A DNA stretch of 63,606 nucleotides, the filler included, from Octopus bimaculoides (Eukaryota), in assembly GCF_001194135.2 (NCBI RefSeq). It is 6 parts of 5 records of this genome, joined end to end, with 100 filler letters (N's around TTAATTAATTAA, not from the genome) between each part and the next. Parts side by side here need not be neighbours in the genome. Positions count along the whole stretch, not along the records: positions 16,725 to 36,994 come from NC_068994.1; positions 37,095 to 45,808 come from NC_068994.1; 4 more parts are not named here. The stretch is one strand, 5' to 3'. A program made the translations under genes and the position numbers. Positions within the stretch are counted from its first letter, which is position 1, and each line of letters begins with the position of its first letter. The notes under the pieces are model-generated. The model ran no database searches and was not told the origin of the DNA. It saw only the letters and a list, made by a program, of their open reading frames with translations. Of this stretch, positions 26,450 to 37,489 are shown piece by piece.

Positions 26450-27200
26450 TAGAAAAATTCAATTAATATCAACTAGTTTATGACTGAGAGGTAAATGTTT
26501 ACTCAAAGAAACTACCCTCAGCTTCTACCATGGCTTCAAGGTAGGACATGGCGCTTGCATTCCTCAGTGTCTCTGGGAAGATCTTGGCCATCAGCTCAGC
26601 CTTGGTGTTGCAGGTAGAGTGGTTGGTGTTTTTCTCAACCACAACCCACACATAGTAATCCATGAGATTACTATCAGGGGAATTAGGAGGCTAGATATTG
26701 GAGCTAGTGAGGTTGTAGAAATTCTCTCTGACAATAACTTCTGACTCTTTCTGGAGGTATGGCAAGGAGCCGAATCTTCCTGCTACTCATATGGTCTTCC
26801 AGCAGTAACCCTCTCCAGCCAAGGATTGACTACAATCTCTAGTAGTTTCATATTTCTGTCTGAATTGAGCATAAAGCCTTGTTCAAAGATGTGGGGATGA
26901 TTCCAGCATGTAGGCACAGTCAGAACACCTGCTGTGTATATTTGTGCTGGCCATGGCTCTGTAGTTTCTGTCGTAGCTATCAATGTCATGTCTTACAGCT
27001 TTTACAGTGTTCACAAAGTATTGAGCAGTAGTCATGGTGTCAGCATTTTGATACCTGGCACAAATCATCATGATACAGGTAACTTTTTTCCAAAATTCAG
27101 ATTGTCTCCAGTCCTCCATATTGGCAAAGCTTTTCTCAACTACAATTTTAATCTTTATGCTCTCCAATGCTGTTGACTGTTCACCAATACATCAAGCTGT
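26450..27200 (-). mobile_element. Degenerate Tc1/mariner superfamily transposon, maT (DD37D)-like
   Basis: Minus strand gives QEDSAPCHTSRKSQKLLSENF, PPNSPDSNLMDYYVWVVVEK and MVEAEGSFFE*. The D-to-D spacing and SPD.N.MDY motif fit maT-type transposases. Contains stops and frameshifts. Confidence 0.75.
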
Positions 27201-27464
27201 TCTCAAAAAAAGGAGACATAAAATATTATCAAATTTAGTCTGAATGCCCTGTGTATATAAATATATAAGAAATAGTTATACATGTCATCATTTATAAATA
27301 TGTGTATGTTGTATATATGTTTGTATCTGTGTTTTCTGGGAAAATAAGAAAAGAGGCTGTAGTAATTTGAAAATTTGTAATAATTTTTGTTCAAGAATTA
27401 CCAATTAACTCCATTGTCAAAATTATTGAAAACTAATTGAATGTCTTGTGTCCTTCACTTTCAG

Positions 27465-27519
27465 GCGAAAGTTGGTTCCTTTGCAGAGAAATATTGAACG
27501 TCGAGAGAAAAGACGAGAG
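27465..27519 (+). CDS. MAK16: MAK16 homolog, internal exon
   Basis: tttcag|G CGA...GAG|gtgagt. Encodes (R)RKLVPLQRNIERREKRRE, compared with MAK16 RKLVPLSKKVERREKRRE. Phase 2 in, phase 0 out. Confidence 0.92.
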
Positions 27520-27603
27520 GTGAGTAAAATCAATTGTATTGTGGTTGTTACTGTTACATCAGAGCATTTGTTGAAGGATTTCCAACCAATGCGATCCCAC
27601 ACT

Positions 27604-27905
27604 GGCATGGCTATGTGGTAGCGAACTGGCTTCCCAACCATATGGTCTTAGATGCAGTCCCATCATGTGGCACCATGGGTTAGTGTCTTCCACTATATCC
27701 CAGTCCAACCAAAGCCTTGTGAGTCAGTTTGGTGGACAAAAACTAGAAGGTGCCTGTCATATATGTGTATATATATCTATGCATGTGTTTTTGTGTTTGT
27801 TGCCCATTGCCACTTGACAACTGGTGTTGGGCTCTTTACATCTGTTTAACTAAACCTTTCAAAGCAATTCAGAGCCTTCAACAAGTCAGATATAAAAGAT
27901 AAGTA
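27604..27905 (+). mobile_element. SINE family A, heavily CpG-decayed copy
   Basis: Collinear with the 57643 copy, with most CG changed to TG or CA. Confidence 0.75.
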
Positions 27906-28035
27906 TACCTAGGACTACATTACCTAACTCATAAAGTCCCATATCACAAATATCTGCCACTTTTGTAAAATCCTAAATGCATGAAAGTGCAACTATGCAC
28001 TCTTCAGCACATGCTTATGCATATATATGTGTATG

Positions 28036-28075
<40 letters not shown>

Positions 28076-28968
28076 TACTGTTAGGTTTACCCAATATTCA
28101 TGCCTTTCTCACCTGTTATATTTATATCATGGGCATGTTTGATAGTCTCCCAGTTAATGTTCTTATCACTTATCCTCTTCCCCTATCATTCCCACTTCTA
28201 TTATGTTCCTCACATTCATTTATCACTCCTCTATCAAGCACACCACTGCCACCCATATCTCAGTTGCTCATACCTTTATCACTCATACCTTGCACACTTA
28301 CACTCCTTACTGCTCATTTGTCAGTTACTCCCTCCTAAGTCTCATTGTGCTATGCTATTGGTATGACTAAGGATGGCAGCGCATCTCTTTGTACAGTGCT
28401 TCCTGTATTACATAAGGATGCCACTGTGTATATTTGACCCTCTCACTGATGCTCTCATCACCTCTCATCTCTACCACCCATTCTGTTTCATTCATCTTAA
28501 GGAGATCTCATTTGATACATATACACCTCATACGCTTTATCTAGACTTTGTTCAAAGTCAGTTGGTATTGTTACCTATTGTTCACCCTTACCATGTATCC
28601 AGTCCATGCTAGCCATCATGCTCTCACCTGTGGAGGTGCCATGGTAAAGTGTACGCAGCACACTCTATTAATTGTGGGATCAAGGGGTCACCATCATTCT
28701 TGTCAAAGACATGACAACCTACCTAGTGCTGGTGCCATGAAAGTGCACTCAATACACTTTATAAAGTGATTGATGTTAGGAAAGGCATCCAACTAGAGTA
28801 ACCAAGCCAAAATAAAATTTACAAATGTTACGAGGTTCCCCAACCTTTCTAGGAGCACCCTAGCCTTCCAACTCATGCAAGCATGGAAAGCAGACATCAA
28901 ATGGAGATTGTGTCTGTGGTAGCAGCAGCAGTTATATAAAATAAAACCTTATTTGTATTTGTTTGCAG

Positions 28969-29043
28969 GAGAAAGCATTGGTTGCTGCCCAACTTGACAA
29001 TGCCATAGAGAAACAGTTATTGGAAAGACTCAAATCTGGTGCT
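28969..29043 (+). CDS. MAK16: MAK16 homolog, internal exon
   Basis: ttgcag|GAG...GCT|gtgagt. Encodes [25 protein letters not shown], compared with MAK16 [25 protein letters not shown]. 75 nt, phase 0/0. Confidence 0.93.
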
Positions 29044-30602
29044 GTGAGTATTCAAGCTTATTTTTTTACATTTTTCACGCAAGCAGTTCTTATTTTGTTT
29101 CTTTGTGTTTTTAAGTCCAATGTATTTTATTAACCACTTTATAGTTTGAACTATGAAAGGTTGGTGTGTGTGATTGTGTGAGTATGCATGTGTGTACATA
29201 TGTCTGTGTGTGAATGTTGTCATTTCAATGTGTCACATGAAATGATTTGAATGAAAATCAGTGTCATTGTGTTTATATATGTGGTTAACATAATGTCTTG
29301 TAGCTTTGAAGTAGTGAAATAAAACCCTCCTTGTAAAAGCACGGATGATTGTTGACAGTTAGAGCATCTGGCTGTGAAATTATTGTTTAAAAAAAATAAG
29401 TACTCATCCAACCTGTGTCAGCATAGAAAAAAAAAGCTAATGAATAACTCGCATTATATAGTCATGTATTACAAACATATTTCTGTGTTTGTGCTATAAA
29501 CTTATATAGTGTATGAATATGTGTTAGGTAATTACAATTTCAGGGACATACTGAAACATATTGTGCTAATTGTAATCCTATTTGCTTTGCTTGTGACCCA
29601 CGTGCATAATCGATGCTACATTCTTCTGTTATTAAGGTGTGTGAGAGTGTGCATATGTATGTGTGTGTATATTTGTCTGTCTCAAAATATTTTGTTTTGT
29701 TGATGTATGTTTTAATGTCTGCCTGCATGTTTATGTGTAAGTATGTGTATATATGCATATGTGTATATGTATGCATGCATGCATAATTCTTGTTTATGTA
29801 TATGTATGTATGAGTGTGTATGTGTCTGCAGATGCATGCAAAATGACCATCCTCATATTTAGTGTTTTTTAAAGCATTAATTAAAATATTACTTAAACAA
29901 CTCAGTTTTATGAGTAAAGTTATTAGAATGATAGTATGATGTTTGGCATATTACCATGAAAACCAGAAATGAAAGCAGCCATTTTTGCATGTATCACTCA
30001 CAATGGCTTTCAAACAAAAGAACAAAGATAAGCATTTTTTTCAAACTTTAATTTCATATTTCATAAAATATTCAAACTGAATATTTAAAAAAAAAACAAA
30101 AAACAGACTTGATTTACTTGCTGATGATCAGAAATAGGTAACTTTGAGTACTGGAAATTAGGGCCTTTCAGTTATAATGTATTAAAGAATACTCTGTATT
30201 TGTATTGAGTTCTGTAATTTGTTGCTTCTGGCGAATCAGCAGTTATGTATTGAATGCATTTAATATGTATGTTTCAGATAATTGTTCAATAGATAAAAAG
30301 GGTATTTCATCTCTTACACAAAATCTTCCTCAGTTAAGACATATCAAAATATAAACAAATTGATGGTATTCACACTTTATTAAACTGGAGCAACTTAGGG
30401 ACAGGACATGTCCAGAAGGGGTCAATATTTATAGGGAGGGAAATGGAATAGCAGGGAGGGAGGCAGGACAAAAATGAGAGAGATTGCAACTATGTGGAAA
30501 CAGAAGGAAGAGTCAACTAAATAAATAAATAAGTGTACAAAAGAGCATGTGACAGCATACAAAGAGTAAAAACAAAATAAACGAATAAATAAATGTATCA
30601 GA

Positions 30603-30661
<59 letters not shown>

Positions 30662-30679
30662 CATTATTATTATTATTAA

Positions 30680-30972
30680 CATCTCTTTATCACAGGTTTT
30701 GTTGGAACTCCTGGAGTCTTGCATGCAAAGTGGGCTTACTACCTGCAGCCTATGGGACCATGCTATTCATTCCTTTCAGCTATCTAATATTTTCCTGATT
30801 ATTCTAGGCGTGCCAAGGAGGCAAACCTTTTCTAACTGAGCACTCTATTTCAATTTCCTTTATATTCCTCTTGATGGCTTCTGATACTGTTCCCAAGGAC
30901 CCAACAATAATTGGCACTATTTTCACCTTCTTTATTTTCCATAGCCAGGCTGTTTTGTACTTAAGAGGGTGG

Positions 30973-31047
<75 letters not shown>

Positions 31048-31578
31048 TCGACTTCCTTCTTGACTATTTGTGGGTCANNNNNNNNNNATCTATCTATCTA
31101 TCTATCTTTTCGACTTCCTTCTTGACTATTTGTGGGTCAAAGGGGCATGCGACATCAACTATATAGCATATGTGGTGCACCTTGTCCACCACCACTAGGT
31201 CTGGTCTGTCATGCTGTAGCACCTATTTGGATTGAGAAATCCCACTGATTTTGCTAGTCTCTGACTCGGCCACTCTCTGCGGTTTATGCTCATATCATGT
31301 CTTGCCTCTAGCTTCCACTTTTTGCACAGTTTTCAATGGAGCTCTTTTGCTACCTGGTCATATCACCACAACTTGTAGTGGTTTTGGGCAAGTCTAGGGC
31401 ATTGGTTTCATCCACTCTATTGTAGAAGCGGCACAGTAGACACACCTGCTCATTCCTAAGGTTGACCCTACAGTTTGTGGTCAGAGCTTGGTCCTGCACT
31501 TCCAGTATAGTGCTCTCGGTCTCTTTTTAGGGTTCCTTTCATCAGCCAATCCCACCTAATGTTTCCAGCTGCTGCTGC
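30680..31578 (-). mobile_element. 5'-truncated R4/Dong-like RLE LINE flanked on both sides by (AAT)n
   Basis: Minus strand gives RPDLVVVDKVHHICYIVDVACPFD...EVEKIDRY (PD..D..K restriction-like endonuclease), IVPIIVGSLGTVS and LEKVCLLGTPRIIRKILDS*. Repeat tracts lie at 30603-30678 and 31579-31621. Confidence 0.88.
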
Positions 31579-31621
<43 letters not shown>

Positions 31622-32083
31622 GCTTTCATTCTTTGTATTCAGTCATGTTCTTTGGTACATTTATTTAATCTATAATAATAAATGCCAAAATGAATCTCTC
31701 TGTGTCAGTGTGTCACACTTTGACTCCTTCTCTCTCTATTCAATAACACTTCTACTTTTTCTCTTGATGGGGTAAGAGTAATAGTAAGCATAGAGATAGT
31801 GATGGTGGTAGTAGATTGACGGTTGTGATGGTAATGGGGTGATAATAATAGTATGAGCTGTAGTTGTGATAGAGGCGAGGCGATGGTGATTATGGTGGTG
31901 GTGGTGGTAGCCAAGGCAGACAGGGATTACAGTGATAGTAAGCGATGTGAAAGACTGGTAATGGTGGTGGAGGGAAAGGCGGCGAAGCCAAAAGTATTGA
32001 TGGTGGTGGCATCAGAAGTCTGAATGGTGCGTGTATGGCAGTTGTGGCAATGGTGGTGGTACTGGTGATGGTTGAAAACAATC

Positions 32084-32124
<41 letters not shown>

Positions 32125-32141
32125 NNNNNNNNNNAACAATC

Positions 32142-32192
<51 letters not shown>

Positions 32193-32941
32193 GTTAGACA
32201 GAAAAAAAAATTGTTCTGACCCCTGAATGGGAAGACAAAAAAATGTTGTTTATCATGCATCTTTGCAATAAGTTCCAAGTCAACAAATTATATCATTGTT
32301 TTGATGAAAATTGTTCATTGCTTGAAAAATATTGGTCAAGTTTAATAAAATTTAATATGTACTCAATGCATGAAATATCACTGTTGGCCCAAGGCCCAAT
32401 GAAGGGCCCTCCACAGGAGCTAGCTTAAAAGCCACCCTATCAGGTGGCTTTTAGGCTAGATTCTTATATATCTAGTTGGCCCCTCGCTCTTCTCTTCCCA
32501 TATTGTTCTATCTCCCTCACCATTCCTTTATCCTCATACCTACGCTACCAATTCCTTTTCCTCCTTTTTTTTCTCTCTTTTCCTTTCCAATCTTCTCTCT
32601 CTTTTCTACTTCCCACTCTTTAGATATTTTACTCCTTCTGACCATGTTCTTCTCTCATCAAGTAGGCAACATGAACTGCTCCAACCATGTATATTATGTC
32701 TTAACTGAAGTAGATTTATTTGTTGCACAATTATCTGAAACATAGGTATTAAATGCATGCAAAATATCATTACTTGATATGACTTTATTATTATAACTTT
32801 GTAATTATGACTCATGCCAGTATAAACCGGCCAGTTCTAACCCCATCCACATGGATACTAGTGTGTGTGTGTGTATGTGTATATATATATTTGTGTGTGT
32901 GTATATGTATATGTAAAGTAAAAGCAGCTTTAATGTAAAAG

Positions 32942-33663
32942 ATATTAAATGCATATACTAATGTATATGCTTTGTATATTTTCCAGTGACTGCAATGACG
33001 TAGCGGAGTATAAAACTCTCATGTCACTGGTGTTAAAACACCTTAGAGTCATGGACAGGTGAGATAACTCACCGTCAATCCCATTTGGGAGTGATGGACA
33101 TCGATGTTTCACCATTTTCATGGCTTGTCAGCATCATGCACATGTGGGAGTTGAAGGCGAATCATTTAGGCAGTCCACGACTTATATGCTCATGGCTTGT
33201 ATAATCATAAGCTAGTATGCTTGGAAATAGTATACCTAAGAGAAAATTGACATATTAAGTAAAAACAGCTCTAGTGTAATAAGTATTATTAAATACATAT
33301 ACTAATGTATATGCTTTGTGTATTTTCCAGTGGCTGCAATGGCGTAGCAGAGTATAAAGCTCTCATGTTGCCAGTGTTAAAAGACCTTAGAGTCATGGAA
33401 AGGCGGTAACACACCCTCATGATTTTACGGACTGGCTAGGTGATTTGCCTTCAACCCAAGCAGGTGCGGGATGCTGACAAACCACAAAAAATGGTGAAAC
33501 ATCGATGTCCATCACTCCCAAATGGGATTGAGGGTGAGCTACCTTGCCCCTTCATGACTGTAAGGTGTTTAACTCTGGCAACATGAGAGTTTATACTCCA
33601 CTATGCCATTGCAGCCATTGCAAAATACATAAAGCATATACATTAGTATATGTATTTAATAAT
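32942..33663. repeat. Three-copy direct/inverted repeat (fold-back element)
   Basis: Copy 1 at 32942-33140 (+), partial copy 2 at 33283-33420 (+), copy 3 at 33465-33663 (inverted). All share ATTAAATRCATATACTAATGTATATGCTTT. Confidence 0.85.
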
Positions 33664-33677
33664 ATATATGTATGTAC

Positions 33678-33716
<39 letters not shown>

Positions 33717-34289
33717 GGCATAAGTGTGGTTGTGTAGTTATATACAGACATAAGTGTATTTAAGAAGTTTACTTTGGTACCACACTGGGTTAGGACTTCA
33801 GTTCCACTGTGCCCACCCTTCAATGCTTGAATAGGTTAGACAGATTTTATTGAAGCAGATTTTCTTTGACCAGATGCCCTTCCTGTTGTCAACCCTTGTC
33901 TATTTCCAACTAAAGTAATATTTCCCAATGTTTTTGACATGTTTTTGTAAAATATTGAAAATGACTGATACGGCTTGTATGATAGTATTAACCATTTACA
34001 GCTATTACATAATGTCAAGACAAGGAGACATAAACAAGCAAAGCTCACACTTGCCTGCGCATATATACAGACATATCTAGGGAAGTATGATCCGAAAAGA
34101 GACTGGTACAGGTAGTTAGTAAGCGTCACAGCTTGTATAGATGACAAAAAGTGAAAAATAAATGATAAAGTTTAATAACTGCTATATGTTATACACTTCA
34201 TCTCATATTGAAGTCGATGGGAATTTCAATAAGTTAATAGCCACCATACAACTCATGGTTTAGCAATGAAAATTGCTAAATCTGCATAT

Positions 34290-35170
34290 ATATTGGGCAA
34301 GTGTCTTCTATTAGAGACCTTGGTTGATTAAAACCTTATAATTGGTAGACAGAAACTGGAAGAAGCCTGTCATGTGTGTATGTGTGTGCTCTTGTGCTGA
34401 AATTGTGATGGTTGTAAACAAGCACCACTGTCATACAAGTGGTGTTGTATATTTCAAGTCTTCTGATGAAAAATGTGTCTGGCCATGGGAAATATTATCT
34501 TACTTGGAAACAAGTGAGGGTTGGCAACAGGACGGGCATCTGGCTATTGATAATGTGCCTCAGTAACCTGTGTCTGACCCATACTACCATGGAAAAGTTG
34601 AATGATTGTAATGATATGTATGTGCGTGTGTGTACCCATGTTTTGGCATCATGTAAGGGTTGTAAACAAGCATCACCACCATGCATTTTCAGTTTTCTAT
34701 GAAAATCTTGTCTGGCCATGGGGAAATATTAACTTACTTGGAAACATGGTTGATGACAAGAAGAACATCCTTAAAAAAAATCTGCCTCAACAAATTCCAT
34801 GTAACTCACATGGAAAAGGGAATGTTAAATGATTTTATATATATATATATATATATATAGATGCAGGCATGGCTGTATGTTAAGAAGCTTGCATCTCAAC
34901 AACATGATTCTTGGTTGAGTCCCACTCGTGGCACCTTGTGTAAGTGTCTTCTCCTATAGCCTCGGGCCAATCAAAGCCTTGTGAGTGGATTTGGTAGAGG
35001 AAAACTGAAAGAAGCCCGTCATGTATATATGTGTGTGTGTGTGTGTGGCTTTGTGTTTGTCGTCCACCCCCTCCGCCACTTGACAACTGGTATTGATTTG
35101 TTTATGTCCCCGTAACTTAGTGGTTTGGCAAAAAGAGACTGATAGAATAAGTATCAGACTTGAAAAAAAA
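34290..35170 (+). mobile_element. Cluster of SINE family A copies, including the variant with an RTE-like tail
   Basis: Family A CORE-like body at about 34290-34400 and 34860-35170. The variant 3' end GTCTGGCCATGGG(G)AAATATT..CTTACTTGGAAACA occurs twice (about 34470-34590 and 34700-34830). Confidence 0.65.
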
Positions 35171-35715
35171 AAATACAATAAAAAGACATGTAATTTACGC
35201 AGGTGATTTTCTGGATAAAAATTGTTAAAAAAAGCTTCTACTCGTGTAAAATTCGGACCCCAAAGTTTTCAGAATTGCTGATCTGGCCAGGGGGAAAAGG
35301 TTTTCAATTTAGTTATATTTAGTATAATTTCACTTACTTCTGTTTAACAGGTATCACATTGAAAGTTATTAAATTATGAAGTGTTCATGTTGTTCGTAAT
35401 AAATCTTTTTTTACATTTCTTGCCCACAAGAAATTATGTCCAATCTTTAGCATACTTCTGTACGTCTTCTCAAATCACGATCACAGGAAAAGTTGTTGAT
35501 AATTCTTATCAACAAAGCTGATAAATACACACAAGTGTTGCAAAATAAGTTTAATTGCCAATAAACAACAACTTGGATGACACTTTACTCAATCGACAGA
35601 GGAAGGTGACTGATCAGACTGATTATGTAAACAGAATTCTGATTGGTCGAAAGTGCCTACTTGTCTCAAGCTCTTATTTTCTGCCTATTCATGTCGGAAC
35701 CTTTGATACATCATC

Positions 35716-35950
35716 ATCATCATCATCATCGTTTAACGTCCGCCTTCCATGCTAGCATGAGTTGGACGATTTGACTGAGGACTGGTGAAACCGGATGGCA
35801 ACACCAGGCTCCAATCTAATTTGGCAGAGTTTCTACAGCTGGATGCCCTTCCTAACGCCAACCACTCAGAGAGTGTAGTGGGTGCTTTTACGTGTCACCC
35901 GCACGAAAACGGCCACGCTCGAAGTGGTGTCTTTTATGTGCCACCCGCAC
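35716..35950 (-). mobile_element. Short RTE-tail element (SINE or 5'-truncated LINE end) with (GAT)n tail
   Basis: Reverse strand: GTGGTTGGCGTTAGGAAGGGCATCCAGCTGTAGAAAC...CATGCTAGCATGGAAGGCGGACGTTAAACGATGATGATG. Decayed relatives at about 21745-21860, 28740-28900, 38600-38725 and 39080-39205. Confidence 0.75.
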
Positions 35951-36518
35951 ATAGTATTAAAATTTTAATCCCTTTCACACTTATAAAATGTCGAGCAAAC
36001 TTTAAAATTTGTCATTACCGTTTTAGCCAGGAGACCAAACTGATAGTTTGGTAATCCGCTAAAATAAACATTAAAAATTGAAAGGATAAAATAAACAGCT
36101 TTGCAAGTTTAACTCGGTGTTTATTGAAAAAGAGAGGTGTGAAATTTTAGAAGTGATTTGTTAGAATATACATGTCTGTGAGGAGACATAAACAAGAATA
36201 GCAAAAATCTACTATACCAAAAGATCTGGTAATACATAAATTACAAGTGTTCTATGAAGTGAACATAAGATTGCTGCATAAATCAACATGAATGTGAAAC
36301 GACATTAAACATCGTTTAAGGTAAATTAAGGTTTCTTTAGGAACGCTAAGTCATATTCACTTAGATGAATTTTGATGTCATCGGCAAAAGATGCAGTGGA
36401 CTGTGATGACCAGCATGAACGTCAAACTTCAAAAAGTAGCTAACCATTTAATGGTTTTAGTAAATTTATACAGAAAAGCTAGGCATTAATACCGTCCAGC
36501 ATAAATAAAAGTCAACTT

Positions 36519-36835
36519 CATTATATTTTTTTCTGTAAAATCCTATTCTGAGATTAAATGAGTCAACTTCCGGTACGAATGTTTACATTTGTACATCATT
36601 TTTCAACAAAAACAATTTCTAAAAAATTTCTGGAAATGATCTATTCATGTAATTTACGCACCCTAAAGTTTATTATTGTTTTTGTGGAAAAAGTGTGTAA
36701 TTTACATAGGTAAAAACCCATGTAAATTTTTTAGAAATTGTTTTTGTTGGAAAAATGACGTACAAATGTAAACATTCGTACCGAAAGTTGACTCATTTAA
36801 TCTCAGAATAGGTTTTTATAGAAAAAAATATAATG
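36519..36835. mobile_element. Young fold-back/MITE-like element
   Basis: Inverted arms of about 111 bp at 36519-36629 and 36724-36835, about five differences by eye. Confidence 0.85.
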
Positions 36836-36920
36836 GTAAGTGCTGGGGTCAATTTATTCGACTAAAAGTTCAAAGCAGTGTCCCAGCATATGTCACATTC
36901 AAATGACAGAAGCAGATAAA

Positions 36921-36959
<39 letters not shown>

Positions 36960-37257
36960 GTGTGTGTGTGTGTGTGTATATATGTGTATATATANNNNNN
37001 NNNNNNNNNNNNNNNNNNNNNNNNNNNNNNNNNNNNNNTTAATTAATTAANNNNNNNNNNNNNNNNNNNNNNNNNNNNNNNNNNNNNNNNNNNNCATTTT
37101 TTAAGAATAAAAAAAAAATTATCTTCGTTAAAAGACCGCTTCCTTCAAATCTTCCACCGGTTCTGTTGCCTAATTCCATCGATGTTATTGGATTAGATAT
37201 GTTTTTGTATAGGGAGCCCGGTGTAGCACATCCATGTTGTTATTCAGCCCGGTGCTC

Positions 37258-37301
<44 letters not shown>

Positions 37302-37489
37302 TCTGATTTAGGTACAAGGGGCAGGAATTGATCTCAGACCATTAAAAAACAAAACAAAAAAAAAACAGAAGAAATACTGTGATGCAGTTTGTCTGTTGCT
37401 CTAACGTTTCTGCCAAGCTACAATTAATAATTTGTGCTTTGGCAAAAAGCCACAAGTGTACAGAAAAAGGGTATAATTGGTAGATTGCC

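Noticed and set aside
31030-31140. Short duplications across 10-N gaps (also 32085-32190, and the 16725/16888 repeat at a contig start)
   Set aside because: Most likely overlapping contig ends around microsatellites of uncertain length, i.e. assembly artefacts.
36330-36450. FADDIKI reverse-transcriptase-like motif on the minus strand
   Set aside because: Only a single short motif with no supporting flanking RT domains. At most a tiny LINE remnant.
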